The position numbers and the translations under genes were made by a program. Below, piece by piece: positions 1-12,949 of a DNA stretch of 64,000 nt. The stretch comes from Octopus vulgaris. Lineage: Eukaryota. A model generated the notes under the pieces. The model was not told where the DNA came from. It did not search any database and saw only the letters and a program-made list of their open reading frames with translations. The stretch is taken from the NCBI GenBank assembly GCA_951406725.2, contig OX597831.1, positions 12,338,001-12,402,000 on the forward strand, written 5' to 3'. How positions within the stretch are numbered: position 1 is the stretch's first letter; each line of letters starts with the position of its first letter.

Positions 1-671
1 TTGGCCCACTAGAAATAGCACCAAATCTCTATCAAATCATACTCTACTATATTAAAAAGTACCATGTTAAATGAAACAGGCCTCGGTCTTCTAACTATAG
101 GAGAAAGATGACATGTTAGACAATGTTGTCTTAGAGATATAAAAAGATGAGATGGTCATGGATGGAGTGCCTTTCAGCCTAGGTCTGCTTGATTAAAACT
201 GAAGTGGCACTAAACAGAGACAGCTGTTTCTAACACAGGCAAGAAGGCTAGCAATTTTGAAGAAAGGAAGATATTTGATACTACAGACCCCAGTCCTTGA
301 CTGGCACTTCATGTTTATTTTGTTGACCCCAAAGGAATGAAGGGCAAAGTTGACCATATAAGGATATGGACTCAGAGAGTTAAGAGCAGAAACAAATACC
401 AAATACCACACAGTATTTTTCCAAATGCTCAAATGATTCTGTCAATCCATTGCTCTCAACAACAACGCTATTCCCATCAACAACAACTATTTCTTCTGCA
501 GGAAGAAGACCTGAAATTATGGGGGAGGGGTTGAGTCAATTACATTGATCCCAGTGCTCAACTGGTACTTATTTCATCAACTGTGAGAGAATGAAAGGTA
601 GAGCCAACTTTGACAGCATTTGAACTCAGAATGGACAGATGAACAAATGCCACTAAGTATTTTGAATGGCA

Positions 672-1264
672 GATCAAGAAATTAATTTTTTGTAACTAAA
701 CACTTTCAAACTTTGGACAATGGTAGAATGTGTCATATAAAACATCTTTTACTCTTAGTGTTGTTGAGAAAAGTTTATATTTTCAAAGTTATTTCATGTT
801 AAAGTAGTCGTATTTTGGTAATTTCAACCAATCAATGACATGTATTCAGCTGAATAAAATTACTGCTGTTGTTTGTCAATAACAACTGTCAGTGGTGTAT
901 TTTTCATTTGTCCCTGTTATTTATGATATCGTTCGTGCATTTGTACTGGTTTTAGCATTAAGGTTTTAGGGTTAGGTTTGGGGGTGTTAGGGTTAGGGTT
1001 GGGATTTTAGGGTTAGAGTTACGGAAAAAAGTGAAAAATGAAGAAATTGGAGGGGAAGGGGGAAAAGTTTTTCCAAAAATAGTAGCTGAAAAACAGGAAA
1101 AAAAAAAGCTAAAAGCAGTAGAAATGCACAAACGATTGTGGTGGTGCCAAGAAGTAAACATGCTTCAGACACTCTCGTTTATTCATACAAACATATCTGA
1201 GATGAAATATGTCATAAATAACAGTGACAAACAAAATATACACCACCGGAAGTTGTTGTTGGAC
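672..1264. mobile_element. Foldback DNA element with an internal degenerate TTAGGG tract
   Basis: ~55 bp inverted arms at 875-929 and 1209-1264, with TTAGGG-like units at 958-1020. It lies between SINE fragments. Confidence 0.55.
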
Positions 1265-2987
1265 CTTGGTAGTGTTTGAACTCAGAATGCAATGAGTTAG
1301 AAGAAGATGCCATTAGGCATTTCGTCTGATCTGCAAATGATTCTGCCAGCTTGCTGCTGCCTTTGACTTAAAAAAAAAAGTAGCCAAAGTTTCATCATTT
1401 CACACATTACTGTCAGAAAAAAGCACCAGTGCACTGAATAATGTGGTCCTAGGTACACTATGTTTGAGGAAAAGAAGAAGACTTGTCATGGTTTGAATGT
1501 CTTTGGTCAGTTCAATCAGGACCGGCCTAGATCTAATCTAAACAACAACAGCAAACAAATATATTGGGCAAAGTCCATTCAAGCAAGGTCTCTGGTTTGA
1601 GGACATCATTCTTTCCTGCATATCTTGAAGTCCCAGTAAAGGGTCATGATCACTGTTAAAGATACTGGCTAAGTGATAAAACATATATTTGAGAGGAATT
1701 TTAAGACTCACAGCAAACACATGTTGTTCTGAAATGTTGGTACAAGGCCAGTATTTTGGGGGAAGGTGGTAGGGTTAATTACATCGACCCCCACCCCCAC
1801 CACAGTGTTTAACTGGTACTTATTTTATCGACCTTGGAAAGATGAAAGGCAAAGTCAACCTCAGTGGAATTTGAACTCAGAATGTACTGACAAACGACAT
1901 GCCTCTAATTATTTTGCCTAATGTGTTAACAATTCTACCAGCTCACTATTTGAAACTCGTAAAATAGTACAATTGTGTCCCAGCTGTAATTTTGCACTCT
2001 GCATGTACAGACCTTGTATAACAGAGTATAAAAGTCTATTGTCTTTCAACAGTCTTAAGTACTTAATATTCAAAGCATAATATTACTTACGACAAGCTAC
2101 AGCAAATAAAGAAAGCATTGATGTTTAAAATCAGAAGCAAGCAAGTATCTTTACACATATAATTTGATCGAAGGACCTGTATAACATCAGATGTTCAATA
2201 TATTGAGTGGAAACACTTCGATATATTAACGAAACATCATTAATCATCGCCAAAATTTCTTGAAAATGATATTGGAAATTAATTGAATTTTAGATTACAT
2301 TAGTAATATGTATAATTGTTGCATTGCTTCAGATAAGAGAGCTGTCGTAAATATATGTGTGCTTATTTTGCCTATGAAATTAAACATAATTACAGGAGAA
2401 ATATACAGCAACTAATGTATATATGTGTGTGGTTACAAGCGTTAAAACTTCCATACGTAAAAGTTTTATAGAACTAGACTGGTCTCAGAAACTTACCAGA
2501 CACTTAAACTGCCTCCATAATATTGTAAAGTGATGTTAATAAATCTTAATAACAACCATTCATCTCAAACAGTTAGATGTTTAATTTCTTAAATTCTTCA
2601 GTGTGGCAGGACTGTCAGAAGGTACTGCTAGTTTAGGATATGTCCTGGCCAGCTAATTGTGTCTGAGATGTATGAAAATATACTGAAACTGTTCTCTCAC
2701 ACACTTGTTTAAATATGTGAAAATTGTAAGCTGGGGGACCTATGTTGAACATTTGCTATCATATATAGGAGGGTTCTGGCTGAAAGCTAAGTCTGTTGTC
2801 TTCCTTTAGTCAGAAATATCAGGCAGTTTCCATCTATCTATTATTTATGGCAAAAATAAAAGTACGGTGGACAATTTCGAAAAGACAGAGGACAAAGCTT
2901 TACATTTCTGAAAAACTCTTTGTTAAATTCTATAAATATCACTTACAGGGAATGAAGAAGATGGGTTTTTTTTTTATCCCCCCCCCC

Positions 2988-3326
2988 ACTGTTTTGGAAA
3001 TGCAGCCACGCTGGGGCACCACCTCGAAGAAATTTTAATCAAATGAATTGACACCAATCCTTTTATTTTTCTTAAACCTGGTGCTTATTTCTATTGGTCT
3101 CTTGCCAAACTGCTAAGTCATGGGAATATAAATACACTAACACTGGTTGTGAAGCATTGGCTGGGGGATAAACACACACACACACACACACACACAATGG
3201 GCTTCTTTCAGTTTTTGTCAACCAAACCAAGTCAGAAGTCATTGGTCAGCCCAAGGTGCCATGCAGAAGGACTGAGCCCAGAACCTTGTGACTGGGAAGC
3301 AAACTTCTTACCACACAGCCATGCCT
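2988..3326 (-). mobile_element. SINE family A, diverged
   Basis: GCTGGGGCACCACC...CTTACCACACAGCCATGCC motifs. Confidence 0.75.
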
Positions 3327-3797
3327 ATATATTTAGTATTACTTGCTTAGAGTGGAGGAAAGGGGTTTGCATATGACCTTTGTAGGGTCTTTGAGACTAG
3401 TGAGGTTGATCCCTGGAATGTTCCATTTAAATTGCTGCCAGTCAACAAACGTAGAAACGAAAAGGGTTGAAACGAAATCTGAGATGTGGTGTGAATCTAA
3501 AACTTCATTAATACATGACTTCCTCACCTTTTGATTCCAAGTAGGAGAGCTCTTTCCAAGCAGAGAATTTGAGAGAGATTTAGTTTGTATTTCTAGCATG
3601 CTAAATAACTCCATAGCAGATAATCTCTGATTGGTTCATTTTGTGAATGTTATCATTAAGGTTAAAGAAAAACCACAGCATTATTATTTTCCTTTAAATC
3701 AATATTACTAAATCCCACTACATTACATGCTTATCATACTAATGTGTAATGATCATTGCTCTGGAAAGTATATGAAGTAATGATATCTTTTATAATG

Positions 3798-3840
<43 letters not shown>

Positions 3841-3850
3841 CAACAACAAC

Positions 3851-4395
3851 AGTACCAGGCAGTGGCTCTTGTGGCTTCTGATCTTAACCAATTGGAAGTG
3901 TTATCCTGTATATTGTTTTGTCTTGGTATAAAAGATGAGCTACAGCAAATATTCTGCTCAATACCACAGATTTGCTTGTCAGTTGTTTGACCTTAACCAG
4001 TTGAGCATGTCCCTTGGTGGCTGACGATATGTGCATCTCTGATCACGAGCAGAAGTAGTGGGGGAGCATCATAGCCGTGTGTTGAAAGGAATTCTTAGAG
4101 GTTTGGATAATTTACCTTTGGAAACATGGGTAGTTCATTCAACATCCTTAAACAATCCTTATTCAGGGACCTTTTGAGTGGGATGGGTTACTCCACCAGA
4201 AGAAAATTCTAACTGGGACACACCTGCAAGGTCATGTGCTGTTTATCTTCATATGAGATCACCACGTCGCACACATATGGTTGTGAGGCATGTGCCTAGT
4301 GTACCCTTATCAGACGGGTAGTCATGATGGGTGTACTGGGCTTCATATATTTGTACCCCAGTGTCACTTTGATGGTATGCACTGCTCTCTTACTC
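3851..4395. mobile_element. ~545 bp GC-richer interspersed element embedded in (AAT)n
   Basis: Sharp compositional boundaries with (AAT)n/(AAC)n on the left and (AAT)n on the right. No long ORF; class unknown. Confidence 0.55.
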
Positions 4396-6339
4396 AATAA
4401 TAATAATAATAATAATGCTTTCTAACATTGGTATATAGCCTATAGTTCTGGAAACAATGTTTTGCCTTTCTGTTTGCTTCCACCAAAAATGAGCAAAACA
4501 AGCTTAGTACTCAAAACAGCACTATTTTCTTTTTTCTTTCTCTCATATTTACATCCTTCAGTGATATCTTCATCATCCTTTAGCCTCTGCCTGCCATGCT
4601 GGCATGGGTAGGACGGGTTGACAGGAACTGACAGGTTTGAAGACTGCACCAAGATCTGCTCTTTGTTTATTGGCATGGTTTCAACTCTTGGATGCCCTTC
4701 TTAACACCAACGACTTTACAAAATACTGAGTGCTTTTGATGTGGCACCAGAAGTGGTGAGGTCATCAAGTAACTTGCAGAACAAGGCCCCTCAACTGGGA
4801 GAGGGGGGAGCAGTATTGAAGGATAGAAAAAGTCTTGTATTAGAAGAGAAATATGGTTAAAGATGGAGAGAGAGAGAGAGAGAAGGAGAGAGGAAGAGAA
4901 AGATGTAATAAGGTGGGAGAAGGGGGCTGTACACCCAAATTACAGGTGAAAGATATATGTTGACCAAATATACACACACATATATGTATAATGACACATT
5001 TCTGCAGTTTTGGTTTACTAAATTTTGTTAACAAGGAATTGACCAACCAAAATAATGGTAGAAGATACTTGCTCAAGGTACCAACTAGTGGGATTTGACC
5101 TGGGACCATTTAAGTGCAAAGTAAATCTCTTAATCTCACAGTCATGTCTGTCCCAATTGTGGCCTGTAGCATTCTTTGCCTGTAACAAGTTTCAAAACTT
5201 CTAAACATCTATAGGTGATCAACTTAATAATTCTTCAGAAATAATTCATTCACAGGTTTATATATCAATCTAAATATAGAAATGCATGATTTACCAATTT
5301 CACATTGGTGAATTCTTGTAAATTCATAGAAAATTAATTTCCATTTTGTGGTCATTTTTGATTCTCCCAATTTACATCAAATTGAATTTCTGAGACACAA
5401 ATTTCCCATATTTGATGGATTCCAAACTGTTTAGCCAGAACAGGAATTGCCAAACTTCTAGTTATTTAAAAATATATTAACCTCTCATGACCTTACAACA
5501 AACACCAACTAAATCACCTGAATAACCCAAGTCAATAACAGAAGTGAACTTTCATTTGTGTAGAGACTGTAACCAGGATGTGATAATTCAATATTTCTAT
5601 GATGCAGAGAGAAAACATTTACCTGCAAAATAATTGGTTATTCAGGCTGAAAAACAAAAAATATCTGTGAAACATCATTTCTCTACTGAATAAAACCTTT
5701 TAACCACAGTGCTGTTTTTAACACTTATGTAAAAGGAAACACCGTTAGTCTATAGTTTAAAACTGTTAACATTGTTGTTATTGTACATTCCCAGTTGGTT
5801 TTATAGGAGAAAGCATTTGGCATTTAGTGAAATGACTAAATGATCCAGAGGTTCAGTGACCATCATAAGTTCACACTGACTTATAATGTAGCAGTTTGAG
5901 CAAATTGCATTTCTCCTCATTGCCCAGCTTATTCTTGTTTTTCTTTTAAACCCCAGGTCAACCTGCAGTTGACCGAGCAGATGCTTGACGGTGGCTAACA
6001 ATGACAATCCTACCTTTGTATAATTTTTTTAGACAACATATCTATTTTGTACTTTATTTTGAAAATATTGGGTATATGATTTGAGAGAGAGAGATTTTGC
6101 TGCTATTTCCAGCAGAGTGAGTGGATTCAAACAGATTCCCTCCTTAGTTGTCTAATGCGTGAGATCTAATGGTGGACATAGCAGAAATAGGGCAACTGAC
6201 ACAGCATAAACATGGGAGTTGCAGTTCCTTGACCTTAGGTCCAGTGAATTGTATTGTGGTACAGCGTTAAAAGTTATTGAGCTTAACGATGTCATGTGCA
6301 TGAGAGATGATTTCATTGGTATAGACATATAATGCATAT

Positions 6340-6715
6340 GGCACTCTGTCAGTTATGACGATGAGGGTTCCAGTTGATCCGATCAACATAACAGCCTGCT
6401 CGTGAAATTAATGTGCAAGTGGCTGAGCACTCCACAGACACGTGTACTATTAATATAGTTCTCGGGGAGATTCAGCGTGACACAGAGTGTGACAAGCCTG
6501 GCCCCTTTGAAATACAGGTACAACAGAAGCAGGAAAAAAGAGTGGGAGAAAGTTGTGGTGAAAGAATACAGCAGGGTTCGCTACCACCCCCTGCTGGAGC
6601 CTTGTGAAGCTTTAGGTGTTTTCACTCAATAAACACAACACCTATTGTGGGAACTGAAACCATGATCCTATGACCATGAGTTCACTTCCCTAACCACTGG
6701 GCCATTGTGCCTCCA
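6340..6715 (-). mobile_element. SINE family D
   Basis: Reverse complement of 42178-42541. Confidence 0.85.
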
Positions 6716-8345
6716 AACATGGATTATAAGAATTGGAGAAAGGTGTGTTAGGAGATCCCAAGTCAGAAGAAATTGTGGAGGAAGAATATTATGGATGGTA
6801 AGGGCAAAAATGGTTCCTCCATCACTGTTTTTGAATAAAACATAGAACCATGTTTAGAAAGTCAAAAACAATTTCATTTCATAATAAACATAGAGAATGT
6901 ACGGACATCAAAACTTTCTTCTTTTATTTCTCGTATAAGTATAGGAGGTCTTGTGCTGAAGCAAAAACATCACAAAATGCTTTACTTTGCTAAACATTTT
7001 TTCCAGTTTGTCTTTGGTCCTCAGTACACATCAATAGCATATTTGAAACACTAGATTCTTAGATTTCTAGCTCATAATTCCAATTCTATCAATTGATCTG
7101 TATAATTAATGATTGTGTCTAGTTTTTCCATGACCTTTTTGTTTTTTTTTCTTTTCAAGTTGCAGCAGATTGTTAATGTCATCCTCATCATCATCATCAT
7201 TTGATATCTGCATATCAACGCTTGTCATCATCCTTTGTCACAACAACAGAGAGAGAAGATATAAAAAATTAAAAAAAAACAAAAAAACATTGCCAACAAG
7301 AATGTCTTGTTTTTTGACCTGTTTTACTTTCATTTTCTTTTTTCACAATTGGACGCCTTTCTCACCATCAACCATTTTACATGTACTGAATCTATTTTAT
7401 CATACCACTCATACTAGAGTGGTTGCTTGGTTCGTGGATAAGAAAACTCCATTCTTGGAATAGTAAAACATATGTCTACTATCTATCATATCTAGTTAGA
7501 ATGTTGACCTGACTACAAAATCTGACCCTTAACCAAAAATATCTTTTAACTTCAATATTTTATTTCAGTTGATGACTATTTCAACTCTTTTATTCTGTTA
7601 TTGATGTGAACAGAAAATTCCAATTTAGATCATTTTTCTATAACTGCTCATCACCTTTTCACTTTTTTTTTTTTTTTTTCTTACACTTCTTCACTTATAT
7701 TTCTTCTTAAACAGTCATAAGTCATTAATTATCTGCTCCACTTAATCAGAAACTAATCAGCTAATTAGTTTTCTAAAGCCAATATGACACGTAAGTGGAT
7801 AAATTATATCACCAACTTTGATCTGAACCTCATTTTTCCCCATCCACATTCATAACATTATATACTAAAGTAACACCTCAACACCATAATTCTAAACTGT
7901 GAACATACTTATACTCTCTATCTCCATAAGACAACCCTTCTCTCTTTTACTCTTTCACTCTGGTTTCATTGATTGGGTTGTGGCCATGCTGGGGCACTAC
8001 TTCAATATCCTTAGTTGATCATATCAACTCCAGTATGACTGTCAGTCAGGAATTTACTATTGGTTTCTATTGAATTGTTAAGTTATTTCGCTATAAAAGA
8101 AACACAACATAATTAACATAAACATAGCAATGGCTACACACACACGCACGCATGTGTGTCTTCATCTTCCTCATCATCATCTGCTTTCCATACTGGCATG
8201 AGTTGGACAGGTAGTCACAGTCTGAATCAGTTTTTTATTGGCAGCCCCTGCTTTCATACAAAGTCTTGTACATTGTAAATGTAGAGAGTATTTGGTACCT
8301 CAAGACATCTACGTTTTCTCAGATGAGACTGAGGAGGAGGAGGAG

Positions 8346-8387
<42 letters not shown>

Positions 8388-9140
8388 GATAGAAGAAAAA
8401 AGGCAGAGTATGATGGCAGAGACAGTGTTATTAGGACAAAAATAGAAGAAGAGGGAATGAGTAAATGATGGGTGGCAATACAAGTGACCTGAAAAAGAGA
8501 TGCCTGGCAGCACAAAAATGGTTTGATCCAGTTTCATAGATAGTCCTAGTAATGAGAGGAGGGTGAGAGAGAGAGATACATATACAGAGAGTGATGCAAA
8601 TAATACAATATAGGTTCTTATAGGTAGGCCATATGACTAATGAAATGTATGATACACTCAGAATCATTCTCTTGTGCAGGGCAGGTGTGAAATAACCAGG
8701 AAGTGAAACTGGTTTTACGTCAATGTTCCATCAACCAATGAAAATACTATGATTTAATCTGAAACACACACACACACACACACATGCACACGCACACACA
8801 CACACATGCACACTACCATTAATGTTAGAATGTAAATTTACATTCACCTAATTTATATACAAAGTTTGGGTTAAACAATATAAGAAAGCAAGAAAAGAAA
8901 CATGAAGAATAATATATCTAAATAAACTGAAGGGACCATTATAGTTATCACAGTTCTGTCTCTTCTGTTTCCATCAGCTCTTATCAAGAGGACCAAACAC
9001 ACACACACACATGCACACACAGAGATAAATGCATACACAAACACTCATACATGCACACAATGATAAAGATGCAAACAGTCAAATGCAAAAATGTAACATT
9101 GTTTTACTTTGGTGATAATCAACTTGAAATTTAGTACACA

Positions 9141-9287
9141 CTGGCTGTGTACTAAGAAGCTTACTTCCCAACCATGTGGTTCTGGGTTCAGTCCCACGGC
9201 ATGGCACCTTGGCAAATGTCTTCTACTATAACCTCAGGCCAACCAAAGCCTTGTGGGTGGATTTGGTAGACAGAAACTGAAAGACGC

Positions 9288-9338
<51 letters not shown>

Positions 9339-10200
9339 CATTGGGTCTGTATTTGTCCCCCACCATTGCTTGACAACTGGTGTTGGTGTGTTTACGTCCC
9401 TATGACTAAGTGATTTTGTAAAAGGGACCAACAGAATATGAACCAGACTTAAAAAAAAAAGAAAAAGTACTGGGGATGGTTCGTTTCACTAAAAATTCTT
9501 CAAGGCAATGCCCCAGCATGGCCACATTATTATGACTAAAACATTTAAAAGATAAAAGATAAATCTATTTGATAACCATTCCCACTGTGTCTTCTACTAT
9601 AGCCCAGGGTCAACCAAGGCCATGTGAGTGGATTTGGCAGATGGAAACGAAAAGCAGCCCATCATATATGTATGCCTCTATATGCATGTTGCGAGCTTAT
9701 GATCGTGAGGCTGTGAGTTCCATACCCAGATTGGACTGCATGTTGTGTTCTTGAGCAAGACACTTTATTTCACGTTGCTCCAGTCCACTCAGCTGTAGAA
9801 ATGAGCTGCGACGTCACAGGTGCCAAGCTGTATCGGCCTTTGCCTTTCCCTTGGTGGCGTCGAGAAGGGAGGACGGTATGCATAGGCGACTGCAGGTCTT
9901 CTATAAACAATTTGCTCAGACTTGTGCCTCGGAGGGTAACTTTCTAGGTGCAATCTCATGGTCAGTCATGACCGAAGGGAGTCTCAGCATATGCATGACT
10001 TTGTGTTTATCCCACACCAGTGTTGACAACAGGTGTTGGTTTGTTTATGTTCCTGTAACTTAACGGTTCTGACAAAAGAAACTGACAGAATAAAAAATAA
10101 GCTTAAAATAAATACTGGAGTCAGTTTGATCAACTACACCCTTAATAGGGTTGCTCCAGCATGGCTGCATCCTAATGACTGAAACAAGTAAAATGAAATT
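9141..10200 (+). mobile_element. Two tandem SINE family A copies; the second hosts another tRNA-SINE (~9690-9985)
   Basis: Family A motifs at 9141-9560 and 9585-10200. The nested element has the B box GAGTTCCATACC and CTTGAGCAAGACACTT. Confidence 0.75.
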
Positions 10201-10544
10201 TTAAAAAATGTATAGCATGAAAGAAAAGCTGTATAAAAGTCACATACACACACACACATACACACTACCATACACACACATGTACAACTATATGCTAATA
10301 GTTAGAGACACATGTAAATAGTGATGCACCCTTCCAAACATAGAGGGCCGCAAAAGAAACTTGGTAATGACATGGCTATACCTGTGTGCCTTTCTGGGAT
10401 AAAATCAAAGCATATCCTTTAATTACTTCATTGACTTTCACAGTCACAGTGTTACAAAAATGGTTATTAAATTTCAATCAAGTTTGCCCAAAATCCTTGA
10501 ACAAATTAAAACTGTGATGGAAAATTTAATTAAATTTTAATTAC

Positions 10545-10601
10545 CTCTCGATAGTTTCGAACGCCAGCTTCCCTAAAAGTCGGCTTGCATCGCATATTTT
10601 T
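10545..10601 (-). CDS. DGKZ: Next internal coding exon (57 nt, phase 0-0) of the same type IV diacylglycerol kinase; end of C1a and C1a-C1b linker
   Basis: The minus strand reads ttatttgtttttctttCAG|AAA AAT ATG CGA TGC AAG CCG ACT TTT AGG GAA GCT GGC GTT CGA AAC TAT CGA GAG|GTAATT, i.e. KNMRCKPTFREAGVRNYRE. This resembles vertebrate INFRCKPSFRESGSRNVRE and insect CKPTFRDVGVRQYRE. It joins in frame to the 46815-46889 exon and retains CpGs, unlike its flanks. Confidence 0.93.
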
Positions 10602-11087
10602 CTGAAAGAAAAACAAATAAAATAAAACATTAAATTTATATTACACACACTGCAATCACATGAAAATATTAAAAGAAAAAGGAAAATCATGGATTCTGAC
10701 CTAAATTTCTATCATAAAACTAAATCATATTGTTTTCAAGAAATAAAGAGAAAATAATAAATAATTTAATAAATAAAAGTCATTGTCGTCATAATAAAGA
10801 ACACATAAAATAAAGCCTTGAATTTATACGGAAGGAGAAGTGAGATTGACAAACATTCATGCCTTTCTCGTGGGTGTTAGAACTTGTATTTTGAACTTAT
10901 GAAATGAAATCAAGTGAAATCACAGTTGCTCACAATATAGAAACTCTAACTTGATTTTCTGATATTTCAATTATTATTGTATTCAATTAAATACGAAGAC
11001 AATGAAACATTGAATTAAGTAAGGAAGAAAATTAATTAACTGCTGAATACAGTAGCGTCAAAAATATGTTTTATATATACATATGTG

Positions 11088-11633
11088 TGCGTAGGAGTGC
11101 CTGTGTGGTAAGAAACTTGCTTCCAAACACATGGTTCTGGGTTCAGTTCCACTGCATGGCACCTTGGACAACTGTCTCCTACTGTAGCCTTGCATTAACG
11201 AAAATGAGGAAGACGGAAACTGAAATTGCATGTGTGTGTGTGTGTGTGTATAAATAGAAAGATAGATAGATATATACATGTGTGTGTGTGTGTGTATAAA
11301 TAGAAAGATAGATAGAGATATATATGTGTGTGTGTGTGTATAAATAGAAAGATAGATAGAGATATACATGTGTGTGTGTGTGTATAAATAGAAAGATAGA
11401 TAGATATATACATATGTGTGTGTGTGTTTGTCCATCACAACTACTTGACAACTAGTGTCGGTGTGTTTAGGTCCCTGTAACCTAGCAGTTTGGCAAAAAT
11501 TACCAATAGAATAAGTACCAAACATAAAACAAAAAACGATGTCCTGGGGTCAATTCATTCCACTAAAAATTCTTCAAGGTGGTTTCCCAGTATGGCCACA
11601 GTCTAATGAGTGAAGTAAGTAAAAGAGAAAAGA
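11088..11633 (+). mobile_element. SINE family A with an expanded internal minisatellite
   Basis: Head and tail motifs flank 4 copies of (TG)n-TATAAATAGAAAGATAGATAGA at 11229-11427. Confidence 0.8.
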
Positions 11634-11925
11634 TACACACATACATAAATATACATACATATATATGTATATATCATCATCATCGTTATTTAATGTCTGC
11701 CTTCCATGCTAGAATGGGTGGGACGGTTTCATAAGACTTCTATGGCTGTTTTGGCAGAATTTTTATAGCTGAATGCCCTTCCTAACACCAACCATTCAGC
11801 AGAGTGGACTTAGCACTTTTTATGTGGCACAAGCATAGGTGAGGTCAGTTTTGGTAAGATTTTTATAGCTGGATGCCCTTCTGAATACCAACCACATACC
11901 TATATATATATTATGTGTGTATATG

Positions 11926-11957
<32 letters not shown>

Positions 11958-12077
11958 GAGTAATACCTCACTTTATGAGGATCTGCTTTACGAGACCATG
12001 GGTTTACAAGCTTTCATGAGTTTTATTTTGTTTATGAGTTTTCGCTTTACAAGCGTTCTCTATATACCAAGGCATTA

Positions 12078-12080
<3 letters not shown>
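11958..12080. mobile_element. Tigger-like MITE
   Basis: (g)AGTAATACCTC ... AAGGCATTACTG|TA terminal inverted repeats inside (TA)n. Confidence 0.55.
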
Positions 12081-12113
<33 letters not shown>

Positions 12114-12434
12114 AGAGAGAGAGAGAGGTAGTATGTGTTTAATGGTAATTGTTGCCTGTAGTGTAGGTCATCCCTGATCAAATTAGAAGTTCCAGTCATG
12201 ACCATCCAATTGTATTTTTCAAACAATTTACCAGTTTATTTAAAACTGTTTTACTCAATGAGTCAATCTGTTTTTCTCTTTAGACATTAGGTTATGTGAT
12301 TTGAGGGAAATTTGACTGCTATTTGAAGCAGGTCAAGCAACTACACATTAGTTCTTTCTATATTTTATGGTTTAAGAAGTGCTTATAAACTTCATAGGTT
12401 TTCCAACACTAATGAGATTAATAAAATTCATGTG

Positions 12435-12949
12435 ATGTGATATGCCAGGGGCATAACCTGCCCACTTATGCGTACCTTTTCCTTCTTTGGACACTAAAAC
12501 TCTGCTTGCAAAGACCTGTTGAGGCAAGTGAAATCAAAATCAAAATCAAATTCGATGACTGGCGTCCGTGCTAGCGGGGTGCAAAGAGCACCATACGAGT
12601 GTGATCAATGACAGAGCGGCTAACCGGCTTCAGTGCCAGTGGCACTTAAAAGGCACCATTCGAGCATAATCATTACCAGCATCACCTTACTGGCACCTGT
12701 CCCGATGGCATGTGTAAAAGATTTGAGCGAGGTCATTGCCAGTACCGCTTGACTGGCCCCGTGCTGGTGGCACGTAAAAAGCACCCACTACACTCTCAGA
12801 GTGGTTGGCGTTAGGAAGGGCATCCAGCTGTAGAAACTCTGCCAGATCAAGATTGAAGCCAGGTGCAGCCATCTGGTTCACCAGCCCTCAGTCATTCGTC
12901 CAACCCATGCTAGCATGGAAAGTGGACGTTAAACGATGATGATGATGAT
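12435..12949 (+). mobile_element. (GAT)n-tailed retroelement 3' end (family C; RTE-LINE 3' UTR or derived SINE)
   Basis: Internal GTGC.GGTGGCACGTAAAA subrepeats, GTGGTTGGCGTTAGGAAGGGCATCCAGC and a CATGCTAGCATGGAAAG.GGACGTTAAAC(GAT)n end. Copies of varying 5' truncation occur elsewhere. Confidence 0.8.

Noticed and set aside
958-1020. True telomere or chromosome-fusion scar
   Set aside because: Only a few degenerate units, enclosed by the inverted arms of a repeat element.
2488-2575. Strong minus-strand donor CTG|GTAAGT as the next DGK exon
   Set aside because: The upstream sequence has stops and lacks the expected HHWVH C1b motif.
8440-8500. Minus-strand acceptor ctctttttCAG|GTCACTTGT (VTCIATHHLL)
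   Set aside because: It runs into a (CT)n microsatellite, HH is not followed by WVH, and there is no donor.
10315-10365. Editing-complementary sequence for the 10545-10601 exon
   Set aside because: Only ~12 nt of imperfect complementarity, which is within chance expectation.
12560-12790. CRISPR-like spaced repeats (GTGC.GGTGGCACGTAAAA)
   Set aside because: These are degenerate internal subrepeats of a eukaryotic retroelement 3' region, with related spacers and no cas genes.
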